From: Chiloscyllium plagiosum
Lineage: Eukaryota
DNA length: 64,000 nucleotides
Assembly: GCF_004010195.1 (NCBI RefSeq)
Contig: NC_057751.1
Coordinates: 13,026,322-13,090,321, forward strand
Direction of reading: 5' to 3'
Within the stretch, counting starts at the first letter, position 1. Each line of letters begins with the position of its first letter. The notes beneath the pieces were generated by a model. It was not told where the DNA came from and did not search any database. It worked only from the letters and a program-made list of their open reading frames with translations. Positions 27,075 to 39,300 of this stretch are shown in pieces. A program made the position numbers and the translations under genes.

Positions 27075-27600
27075 AGATGCTGGAAATAATAAGCAAAGTC
27101 AGAGATTGCTGGAAATACTCAGCAGGGTTGGCAGCATCTGACCCTGAGCTTTCAGTTGGCTGCCATTTCAACACACCACCTTATTCCCTGACAAACATCC
27201 CTGTCTCAGGCTTGCTGCAGTGCTCCAGTGAAGCTCAGTGCAAGCTGAAAGAACAACATCTCATTTTCCACTTGGGCATCCTGCAATCTTCTGGACTCAA
27301 TGTTGAATTCAATAATTTTGGACATTGAGCAGTTTCTCCCATGTTCTTATCCCAATGGCTACACACAAAGTCTTGCCCTCACATGGGCTGCTACCACAAA
27401 CCACCCATTGTTAGCCACTAATGGTCACCATTAGCAGCTATTCATTCTCCCAGGCTGACCTTTACCCATTCCTTTGTCTGACAAATCACTGTTCTCTCCC
27501 TCTGGGTTCCATCTTCAGCAACTGTTTACGTCTCCGCCTTCCCGCCATCTTCAGTATATATGTTTCTGTTTCTGATTTCCAGCATCTGCTGTCCTTCAGT
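27075..27600 (+). mobile_element. Penelope-like element fragment (GIY-YIG endonuclease C-terminus and 3' region)
   Basis: VGCHFN...KLKEQHLIFHLGILQSSGLNVEFNNF. Related gatgctgga terminal motifs near 6330, 8740, 9860, 11650, 41320, 42160, 52230 and 62120. Confidence 0.7.
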
Positions 27601-28026
27601 TTATTTTGCATATTGAGAAAGGATACTTTTGCATATTGAGAAAGATAGCCAACTTTGGGCTTCTCACTTATTGTCTTAGCATTCACTCCCTTTGTGCCTA
27701 TTTCTATGCTCAAAGTATCTCTGCCTTGCCTTCCCTTTTTGTGCTTGACTCCCTCATCTGGAGCTAATAAGTTGCAAGTATTTCTAATTTGCCTTGCCTT
27801 TTTAGCGCAGCCACAAAGCCAGAAGGCTTGTTATGGTTGTCAGCAGTGATTTGTCAAGAGGATGAAAGTGTCGCTGTATGTCACTGTGCTACATCAGCCT
27901 GAAACCTACACCATGTGCCAGCAGCTTATGTGACAAACACACTGGAAGTGCTTCAACTAAACAGCCATGTCTCAAAGTCTAAGGGAAACAGTCCTCAGTC
28001 GGGTTCAGAGAGACAAGGAATCAAGG

Positions 28027-29088
28027 ACAACTTCTGGTGTCAGTACAGGGACTTGGGCATGGTCAGTTGGCCACTCGGAGTGGTCACAGTGTGGACCCTC
28101 TCCTCATAGTGGATGGTGCAGCCCATCACCTCTCTTGGTTCTTTCTGTCCTTTTGAGAGCCATTTCTCCTGGAATATGACAAAGGGAAGGATTGAGTGGA
28201 AGTGTCTGGCACAGATGCTCGTACTGGGGAAAGTAGTGAGGTGTCCCAAATGATGGGGTAAGAGGTACAGAGACCATGCAGAGTTAGTAGGTTGTGGGAA
28301 TTGTTTGGGTGAGAGTGAGAGAGGGAAGAGATTGCAGGCAATAGTGAGAGTGGTAGAACAGGAACCTTGGTGGGAGCTGGGTGCAGTAACAGACCTAGAG
28401 AGAGTGTGAGGTGTTGGAGAGCAAATGGTGGTATTTATCTGGGTGAAGCATTAAAGTTTATTAACCTTCATGGCACATTGCTGGACTTTCCTCCAGATGG
28501 CTAAAACTGCACTGACCTGGGTGCCAACCTTAGACCAGGCTGGCAGGGTCTGGGGCTGTAGCCTCCTGTGCCAGTGATGTGGGAGGAGCATGTATGCACC
28601 AACCCAATGACTAGGACCTCCAGGTCCCACTCCCCAAAGGGAGCACTAATTTCCTCTTATCTGCTGTGTCGAAAGAAATGGCATGAACTACGTCTGGCAG
28701 ATACAGACTGACAGCATGGAAAGCCCAACAATATGCCATGAAGGTCAATAAACTTTAATGGCTTCACTATTGCCTGCAATCTCTTTCCTCCCTCACTCTC
28801 ACTCAAACAATTCCCCCAACCTACTAACTCTGCATGGCCTCTGCACCTCTTACTCCCTCACTCGGGACACCTCACCACTTTCCCCAGTGCAAGCATCTGT
28901 GCCAGACACTTCCACTCAATCCTTCCCTTCGTCACATTCCAGGAGAAAATGGCTCTCAAAATGACAGAAAGAGCTAAGAGAGGTGATGGGCTGCACTATT
29001 CACTACAAGGAGAGGATCCACACTGTGACCACCCCCAGTGACCAACTGAACATCCCTCAAGTCCCTGGACTGACACTGGAAGTTGTTC
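28027..29088. repeat. Inverted duplication: arms about 28027-28490 and 28718-29088
   Basis: Near-identical peptides on opposite strands (ORF 28126- and ORF 28758+); nucleotide complementarity readable by eye. Confidence 0.92.
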
Positions 29089-30280
29089 ATTGGATTCATT
29101 TTGTTCTGCTGCAATGACCTTTTAAAGATAGAACTGGTGTCAGGAATCCTGAGATGGCCCCGCAACAGTGAATGCTTCTGGGTCAAGTGGTCTGCCTGAG
29201 GGCCGTGATACCTAGTTGGCAAGATGACTGTAGAACAATAGCACAAGCAAGTCCTTTTGGCCTCAAAGAATCCTTCATGAAAATCAATGAAAATGACACA
29301 TCGCCAACCTCTGGTAAAATTCAGCCCGTTGTTTCTTTCCAATCTCCAGCACACTGTCAGATAGTGCATTGTACAGAGCAGAACCCAGTACCTTACACAA
29401 TACCGATCCAATGCCTTACACTCCTCACCTAGGGGATTGTCTGCCAGCAACTACTCTGTTGTGTGGAACTCACTACCACAGGGAATAGTTGAAGCAAACA
29501 ATTGATGGGAGTTGAAAGGTAATGAAGAATGGGAGGAGGTTCGAGTGAAGCAGGAATGCTGATATTATCTGTAACTGCAGTGCATATTCTGTACTGTTAA
29601 ATATTTCAAGAGTTACCATTATAGGACCTTGTTTCAGCATTTCATGTGAAGTACAAAATCTTTTGAAATTTTTGACTTCCCAATGGTAGGCTCTACCAGC
29701 CGAGTCAGTGATTATTTGCCTGTGATTAGTTAGGGTATATATCATTTCTACCTTTCCAGGAAGAAAGTATGACCAAGGGACTCTTAATTGTACCCTGAGT
29801 CATGGGTCTGAACAATCAGCCACAATAAAATTTATTGTCTGAAATAGCTGCAAATTTCTACATATTAGAAACATGAGCAACACACTTCATTGGATTTAGT
29901 TACAGCTCTGATAGTGAAACTCAAGAGAGGTCAACAACGGTCTCATGAAGGCTTATCCATGAGATGTTTGCCTTATGTGTTGCTTACGCCTAGCACCAAG
30001 ACACAAAGCATCATGTCAGATCCACAACAAAATCAAGGCAATCTGTAAGTCACATCAATCCCTGGAACAAGGCATTTCAAATCATGCAACACAAATAATC
30101 TTATCATGAGTTCTCATGTGAGAAATATGGTCCCAGGACATTTCAGCACACCTTTTACAGATTAGAAATTGAGTCTTTGTCCTTTTTAACCTCTGTGCAC
30201 TGTTTGCACTTGCTATTGAAACATCTGCTGAATGCATTAATTCTTTCGTTTCAACTTCATTGAAATTGTTCTTATTCAGA

Positions 30281-30341
30281 ATGGATTATGAAAGGGGAGT
30301 GGGGCATCCAAGGAGAAGATATGATGATGAAGAGGAGGAGG
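30281..30341 (+). CDS. SLC4A5: SLC4A5 putative first coding exon: [20 protein letters not shown](D)
   Basis: Acceptor cttattcag|A ATG (exon starts at 30280) and donor G|gtaagt. Phase 1 fits the next exon. Resembles NBCe1-B ..DRGASFLKHVCDEEEVE. Confidence 0.8.
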
Positions 30342-33300
30342 GTAAGTAAAATAAAGTGCAATTTAAGAGATACACCCAATGCGTCACTGAGTTCCTTTAA
30401 GATGGAAGGTATCAGATTTGATCTCTGGGTAGTACTGGTAGTTCACTGGTCTCAGGGCAATAGTTCTGCTGGTCTGAGCTTTCTCAAGTTAGCTGAAAGA
30501 TATGAATCATTCAGTCAGTAAGGTGGCTACATTTGACTGAAATCCAATGAATGCTGCCGGGAAGTATCTGTGTGCAAACTCCATCTAAATCAAATCAGAG
30601 CCCAACAGCCTTCTGTTTCACTTTCCCACCAACAAAATGATCCATAAAATTATCTGGGAACTGGTTTCCCTGTGGGCCTGACTTAGAACTAGAGTCATCC
30701 GTGATCCTTTTTGGGTTTGGGTTTGTTCTTCATTTTAAATTCAGATGTGCATTCATTAGAAAGTGTTTGCATGATGCACCATGAAATTCTGCTGATGAGA
30801 CTTGTTCCCACATCTTGATTGTGGTAATGTTTCTCAGGGAAGTGCTGGGGCTAAGTAGGTCTGCTTATGAAGACCAGTTGCTTGGCACTTACTTGTATTC
30901 CACTGAGTATAGAGATAAAGGGGTGATCAATTTGAGGTGTTTAAGATGATGAAAGGATCTAAAAGGAAGCTTGAATAAAGTTATTTCCTCCTGTGGGGAA
31001 ATCAGAAAAAAGGATGGAACCTTACAGCAGGGATTGTGTTAATGTTGATGAAATCAAGATGAATGGAAGATGGAGTTAACAAACAAATCATTCATGATTT
31101 ATTTCAATGGTAAAACAGGCCTCTGAGGCTGAATGGTCTTGCCTTGTACCTATTTTCGCAACACTACCATTGCGAATCAGTATCGTGCAAAAGTAGACAG
31201 TTGTAGCACTGTTTCTGATGAAAGAGTTGAATCTTCCCAGAGAAATGAACTGTTTAAAAATGATCCTAAAGATGTCTTTTCTGTCCAGATCAAAACACCA
31301 TCTATGGTGGGATCCCTGCACCACAAGGCTACAGGAGAAAGAGACGGCGAAGGAAATTCTCAGCAAGTCGGGAGAAATTTAGTGAGGGGGAATTGTATCC
31401 CAACAGGCAGTACAGATCTGATACCGAGGAAGGAGATGGAAGAGGACAGACTGCTACAGAGAGAGCCTTTACCAGTAAGTCATTAACAATCTACTATTGA
31501 GATGTTATGGTTCATGTAGGTTTATCACGACTGTGATATTTCATGTGCAACTAGCCAGCCATTTTCCCATCTCTGAAAGTTTATAATGAATATTCAAAGA
31601 AAATTAAAAACGTGTTCAACATTCTTGTGATGTTTCTTTTGATTGCTCAGAGCAGTGGCCAGAGATGAATCGTTAACCTGGACAATACTGTATAGGTTGA
31701 TGATCCTGAATTCACTTCACAAATTCAGTGTGATCAGGTCCAAGGATTCCATTCTATAATAATCAAAACTGAACAGCAGTGTAATCATGTGTTTGATAGA
31801 AATGCGTTTGGCTAGACATTGTGATTTGATGGGATCACCAGAAACTCATCCTGATGCATAAGTGTTGGAGGCCATCAGCCTTTCCTTCCACAGATTCTGA
31901 GGCTAATCACAGAGAATTATATGTTTCTTTCTGTCCTTCTTCTCCCGTAATCTCATAGTTGCCCAGAAAACTAACAACGGCATGATAGCCCCTACCCTGA
32001 GCCCAGGCCCTAAGTCCTTTGCGTAGGAATCACTGACTTGCATTTGAAAGGTCTTAATAAATGGCTGCGTTGGGTTTAGTCCAAGAGCTAAGACTACACA
32101 ACACATTATTCATTGAAACCTTCCCACTTAAGACCAATTGAAACGGTTCGGCCATTCCATCAGCTGGACAGACTGCCTCTACAAGTGCAATTTGGTTTTT
32201 AAAAGTATACATGTTTAAACTGTTTAATTTGTTGTTTTGTTCACACTAGCTTATTCATTTATTTATTTGGGGGATGTGGGCATCACTGGTTGGGCTAGCA
32301 TTTATTGTACATCCCTGATTGCCCTGAATCACCTCCATGAACTGCTGCAGTTTGATGTGAAATCAGTTACAGTGTGACATGAGTTGCTGTACAAAGAACA
32401 TAACATCTTGAAATTAAAACCTATCATGCTGTTTTTAATGTTGATTGTTTATTTTCCTGGCTATTCACAGCAGTGTGGAGATCCTAATCCAAAGGAAAAT
32501 GGACTTAACAACAAATGATTAAACTGTTGCCTGCATTAAGTATGTCTGTTTGATTAATCCAGAACCTTGACTGGCAACAATGATATATGCAGTCACTGAG
32601 CAATGTTGTTCCATGATTCAGAAAATATATTCCACAGCAAAGATCAGGTGAATAAGAATCACTAGCTCAAGATAACCCAATATCCTAGAACAAAGGCACC
32701 GAGGTTAAACTGTGCTGACAAACAATTATATGAAAAATTGGTGGATTCACTCAGGTGAGTTGAAGTGATGGAAAGAGGCATTGTTTTTCATTATTCTACA
32801 TTAAATATTTACTGAATAGATTCCATCATGTGATTGGATGAGTTAAGTAATAAGGGCAATGTTTAATCCCCAGTTTGTGCTGAATCCACTGAGACAGCAG
32901 AGCGAAATGGAATCAGTGCAATCAGCTTCAGATAAGGAGGGGTGATCCCAACCTGGTCCTATGGCTCCTGGAAGCTTCATGCATGAGCTGACAGATCACA
33001 GGGCACTTTGCTGTGGTATTACTCTCCCTATGTGGTCAAGTATACTCCATGAGTGCACTCACTTTGGTGAAATTCTGGCCAAGGAACTGTGCATCAGAAA
33101 GAATCCCTGCTGAAGACAACACTATTATTTTTATCTTAATTATAGGGTACCTTCTCAATAGTCAGGGAAGGCATTTGTTTAAAATGCCCTGAATTGTCTT
33201 GTTTTTGTTCCTCAGACTACGAATCAGATCATTCAGTGTAATGACATACTCAGGTGGAACTCCGAAACACAGTCTGGCGTTATGTCAAATAGATATTCCC

Positions 33301-36300
33301 TCACATACTCAACAATAACGATCCTATACTCAAACTGTACCTGTGACTCCAGCAATCGGCCAGAACTGGGTATACTTCCACAGTATCCAATCTTGGCCCA
33401 TTAGCTATTTTACTTTGGTTTTTGCGCTTGTTTCCAATTTTGTCGCAAGAACTGTGTTGCTGAGCAATGGTTCTGACACATTGCCTGATCTCAGTTGCAG
33501 CCGCACGCCACTTGTGGCTCGACTGCTTACTGGGGTCACACAGGGGTCAAAACCAGCTTCCAGGTCAGCTTCTGATGATTGTGTGTAAAGGACATTGGGA
33601 TTGCTATGTGCTCAGTGCCAGATTCTGAAAGCATAGACAGTCGGGAGGAACTAAAGGCACATTGTTTCCAGTTGAGATTCAAGGTACAAATAAATCTCAG
33701 CATTGCAAATGTTAATCTGTTAACTATTGCCACTCAATGGCCCTGTGCAAGGAATATTTTATACTTAACTCTGTAAGGATCCTAAGCTGCCAGTATGTCA
33801 AGTAAACAGGAACTTACTGCAGCCCATATGCAACATAAATCTGGCTGGCGTTGAAACTTTTATCAGCAACAATTCAGTTATGTAGCATTCAGAACAAGAG
33901 GAGGCCATTCAGCCCCTTAAGTCTGTTCCTCATTCAATTAAATCATGGCTCATGTATACCTCAACTCTATTTGCCCATCTTTTCGCCATGCTTGTTGATA
34001 CTCACACTCAACAGAAATCTCAGTCAGAAACATTCCCACTCCCTAGCAATTTACTGAAATGCAAATTCCAATCAAGGTCCCTGCTTTTGATTCCCAGAAC
34101 AGTTGCTCTCTCCCATTCTCTGTTCCTCTCCTGTCAGATAAGAGGTATCCTAGATTTCTGAACTTTCCACAGAATCCTGGTGATTTCTGCTATTCCTGAC
34201 CAGAGAGTGGAATTATTGAAATAAATGTAAAGCTGTATTCCCCTTCAAAACATGAACTTGGCTTTATTTTGAAAGGAGAGTGGGGAGGAGGCTGACAAAT
34301 TCCCATCCTTCTTGAGTGAATGAAAAATATCTTCGAAATTCTCCCTTAAGGTGCTGGAACTGATAGATGCAGGTACATATTGATTGTCTTTGATTCATGC
34401 TGAAAGGGCATTATTAATGGACAGAGAGAAATAAATATTCACCATTTACTAAACTTCAGCTTCAGAGTTTAAAAAAAATGAAAAGCTTGAATAAAAGATA
34501 AGGGGGCTATTTTAATGTAAAAAATTATCTATTTATTGGGGGCTATTTTTATTGATGCACAGGGGAGCCTTTTAGAAAAGGTTCGGGAATAGTTAAGGTC
34601 AAAGCTTTCTCAGAATTGAAATGGGTAAGCTCTACTGGGTTTGGCATAATCATCAATAGGACTCAACTCAGCAAAGGGCGTGCTATTCCATTTAATCTCC
34701 AGGGCAAGCAGCTCTGTGTAACAGGCTTTGACACACTCTGTAAGGCTGCAGCAAGTTACCCCGAGCACAGACAGGCCTGCTTTTAATGTGTGTGACAAAA
34801 TGAGTGAGAGTGAACCAGGTAGGGTCGAAACCATGGTTTTTGTTGTTGATTTGTCAATTGCTTTTTTTGAGGCCAGGATTGGCGTGTTTGTCTTGTAGCC
34901 ACGAGAGAACTGATGCAATTCATTTTGTTTCACTTTTAACACTTTGTAGACTACAGTAACATCGCTTCATTCAAGGACAGGATATAACTGGGTCATGACA
35001 AAACTATGGTCTTTGCTCTTGTTTTCTCAAACTCTACTTCACAATAGTTGGTTTTACAAATACACAAAGAGTGGTTTCTACTTTGCAGAGGGGGTGTGTG
35101 CCAGTTTGTCGACACTGATGCTGGTTTCTCTCCATGAATTTGGATACAACTGAGATTTTAAGTGGACAAACATTATTTTTTAAGTCTTCCAGAATTTGAT
35201 AGTCTTGTTACTTTTAAACAAAGGCCATGATTTGTTGCACTTGAATAATTTGGTGGTTCTCCCCTTTTTGCTAAGCGAAGACGGCAAGAAGCCAACGTAT
35301 AAACTAACTATGAAAGCTTCCAATCAGATGGAAGAAACAGCACAAGAGCAGATAGCTGTGACTCTGCTTCTCTTGTGCCCTATAAAGCAGGAAAGTAACT
35401 GCCCCTCGCTCAATCTCCTGGCTGTGGAATCAAAGTCAGATGACGGTAATCATTCAATGGATGTATGTAGGCTAGCAATCAAGACCGGACTTCAAATCAC
35501 TATGGCCCATGGTATAGGTCAATCAATGCACGATGAGTGCTAGTGTGTGTGTGTTTCAGCAGCGATGCCTTTCAATTGTTGAAGTCTCCTGACACATATT
35601 GTCACATCAAGATTGGCACTTCAACAAAGGAAGCAAAAGACTTCCAGTGTCTGTGGAGGTGCACTTCACAATGAATCATTGAGGGGGAGGAGAGAAGGTC
35701 AGCGGAAAATGATGAAGGCTGAATGAAACCTCAGCTCATCAGATACACAATAGGGCTGAATTGTACTTCGAGGGGCTGCAGATAGCTGATCGGTTTAACA
35801 CTGTCTTCCCATGGTTTTTACTGGAGGTGGGTACAAAACATTGATGATTCTCTTTGATCAGTTGTTGCATTACTGTCAGAAATTCACTGACAGGTTACAA
35901 TGGAAAGGAATGGAAATCACATGAGAGTTTGCGGATAGTTAATTTGCAAATGAGTCAAAGAATGTGAAGTTGTGCAACAGCCAGAATTTGACTTGCCTTC
36001 CATTGCCACTTTAAGAGCGTTTTACTCGAAGACAACATTGTAGGATTGGTTTGTAACCATAGGAACTGGAATTCCTGCCCGGAAGAATTAGTTACAATTG
36101 CTTTTTAGTCAGAAAGTTTCACTTGCAGTTCAGAAGAACCGGCAGTCTTGGAAATGATAGGTAAATTATGGGAATGAGGACATGACAGCAATGCAAATAC
36201 CGGAGGCATTTAATTTCAGGGATAAAGCAAAAGCTTTTATCTGATTCATGCTGAGGAGCAAAGGGATGGTTAATGGAATTAATACTCTATTTAATGGGAT

Positions 36301-39300
36301 TAACTTCCATCAGCAGAAGCATGCACATGCTGGTGAAGTAAGAGAAAACTGAAGTGAAGCAATGGATTAAATTGTGCCCTTTGAATGCAGGTGGAGTGGA
36401 AATACCTTTCCCAGCAGGTGCGAGGAGAGTAGAGAGAAATACAAAACGCAACTGAGGACAATAAAGGCAAGGATTAGGAACGTTACAAATTATAATGGTG
36501 AACTATTGTAGCAATGGTGGACTATTTTCCAGTTCTGTCAAAGTCAGGAATCAATCAAAGGCCGCATTGTTTTTTGGAGAGATTTATTAGGTCAACTTAG
36601 GTCTGAGGCCAGATAAATGAGTACTGAGTGAACCAGGTATTTTACATCAATTTTCACTTCTAAAGGTGATGGTGTCGCCCTAGTGTAGATGAATTGGAGA
36701 GCTCAAGTGGCTTTAATTGGGGAAACCTCAGAAACTGAAGATTGAGATTGGGATAAATGAATCTGATCCAAAAACACAGGGTGCTGCAGGAAATGGAAAC
36801 CGTTGACTCATGTAACCAAGAATTTGCCAAAATATGCGTTAGCTCCCATCAGATTAGAAGGTTCGTGTGGTCCTATAATTTAAGAAAGGGAAGAAATTAG
36901 ACACTGGCAGTTGTCAGTTTGACATTGGGTAAGCATGATATGTGATTTCTGATCACTTGACAAGGTGGACAGTTGCTTATGTTTCTCTACATTGCTTCAG
37001 ATGGTGTAAGTCCCATCTCACTGACTGAAGTGAATTACTTAAGGAAACATTTGAAATTGTGAATCTTGGCATTCCTGTTGATGTCACTTACCTTGATTTC
37101 CATACATTACTCTTTCATGAAAGTTTATCAAAGATTAGAATTTAGAGGATTGTCAGGCAGATATCAGGCTAGATAAGAAATCTTATGAACAAAGGGCTTT
37201 GTCAAGGGGAAGGATTTGAATGCAGCATGATCATAACTGGGTACCATTACTGGGACATATGCTTTTCACCAGCTTGATCCCTAATTTGGATGAGTGTGCT
37301 ATAGCAACTCATTTCACTGTTAACAGATCATATAAAAATGTACATAATGATGAATAATTCAGATGAAATAATCAGCCAATTTACATAGAGGATGAAGCTG
37401 TCTTTGTGAATGGCATTTGCCCTAAACAATACAAATCATTGTCAATGGTTGTCCCTTGTTTCAAGGATGGCATTGACTGAGGGTAGTGGTGGGTTTCTGC
37501 CAGGGGTCTTCTTGTGACTGGGCACAAGTCAATCTATAGATCATTGGCACATGATGCAGGACACCTCATAAAGTATTGTGATCAGCAGTGCTGTATTAGG
37601 TTTCTTTTATTTCCATTCATCTATCTCTTTACTGAGTTCTTGGAATTCCAGGTGTGATTAAGCTTGTTGGAAAAATTAAAGCCTTGTAGAATCAGCCACA
37701 ATCAGATCAGACATGAACTCACCAAATCAGAGAAGAGGATCAATGGGCCAAATGGTCTAATCCTGCTTTTAATTCATATGTTCATATTCTGAATGATCGG
37801 TAGCAAGCCCTTTCTTGGTCTTTCTGGTCAGTACCTCAGTGTTACAGTGTTCACATTATGTAGTTTTACCCCTTACAGGTGGCAGCAGTGTCAAGAATGA
37901 TTTAGAAATGCAGTGAGGAGAGCAATTACTGTTAGTGTACATGTAGAGACATCCTGGTTTCTCTGAATATGCTCAGACTTTGACCTTTTTTTTTGGTGTC
38001 GACCTGTCAGAGACAAACTGGTTGGAAAATTGCAATTGGCACTGTAAAGTGAAACATTAATTTAAAATTCAGAGGAACACTTACAACAGTGTTAGCAGTT
38101 AAAGCATTTGTTGCCTGCAAATTTCACTAAGATCTAAAACGGTTATGTCCATTGTTCTGTTTACTCTTTATGACAGTAGTGATTGGGATATCTGTTCTCG
38201 ACAACTATAACACTTTCAATCTACATTTTCACTAGCGCATAAACAAAATTTTCATTTGAAAGTAAGCAAATGCAGCAACTCCTTACAGCATTGGATGGTT
38301 CCAGAGTGTTGAAAAAAAATGGACAAGAACCTGAAGAGAAAACATAAATACAGTCATGCAGAGATAAAGTCATATGACGAGTGATGTTGCTCTTTCAGAG
38401 AGCCGGCACAGGCACAGTAGCCTAAAGGCCCGAGTCTGTGCTGAAACCATTTTATTCTAAAGTGAGTATCCCTGTTTTGGAATGGAGGGAAGGCCCACGC
38501 ATTTCCTGGTACTAAAGATATCAAGGGAAAGTGATAAAACAGCAATGAAGTAGAGGTCAGCATGGTTGAACAGTCTGGAACAGCTGAATGACCTACTCTG
38601 CTCCTATATCCTATGTTTGTGTTTTCCTCATTGGATACTTGATCCCCAGTTGACTGGAGATCTGCAGTCCTTGTTTTTACCTGGAGATAAGAAAGAGTTC
38701 AGTGGCAAGAGGTGAATGAAAGAGCTAACAACAAGCTCATGTTCAAAGATACATCGTGATCATGGTTTCTTGCTGGAACACCCTGCTCCCCATAAAAACT
38801 TGACAGCGTTACTCAGACAAGATCGTACTCTAATGTATTTTGCTGCACCTCTCTTGTACACAGTGTCCCCTGCTGCTGAGCGTCTGAGGTACATTCTGGG
38901 AGAAGACGATGATGGCCCAACTCCAACGCTTTTCACAGAGATGGATACCCTGCAGCATGATGGAGTTGAGTTAGAATGGAAGGAATCTGCCAGGTGAGCA
39001 ATGGAAGTTCAATGATGTTTACTTCTATTGAACGAACCTCTGTTATGCAATTCTACAACTTTGTAATTCTAATCACCAGCCATTATGATGGTGAGTTGCT
39101 GTGCAAACAGGCAAGCAGTGATTTGCAGGGTTGCTATCACTGTGTTTGAAGTATACAGGAACCATGCAAAATAAGTAGCAAAAGCAAAACAAAAAAGATT
39201 AATGTCACACAAGTCTATCATCAGAACCAGTTCTCTAAATGGTCCTGAAGTCGGCTAAGACTGTGCAGTAGAACTAAAGAAAATGAAGAAGTGTCCGTTT

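Noticed and set aside
30288..30521. ORF-track proteins at 30288 and 31133 as genes
   Set aside because: They are off-frame readings overlapping the real SLC4A5 exons.
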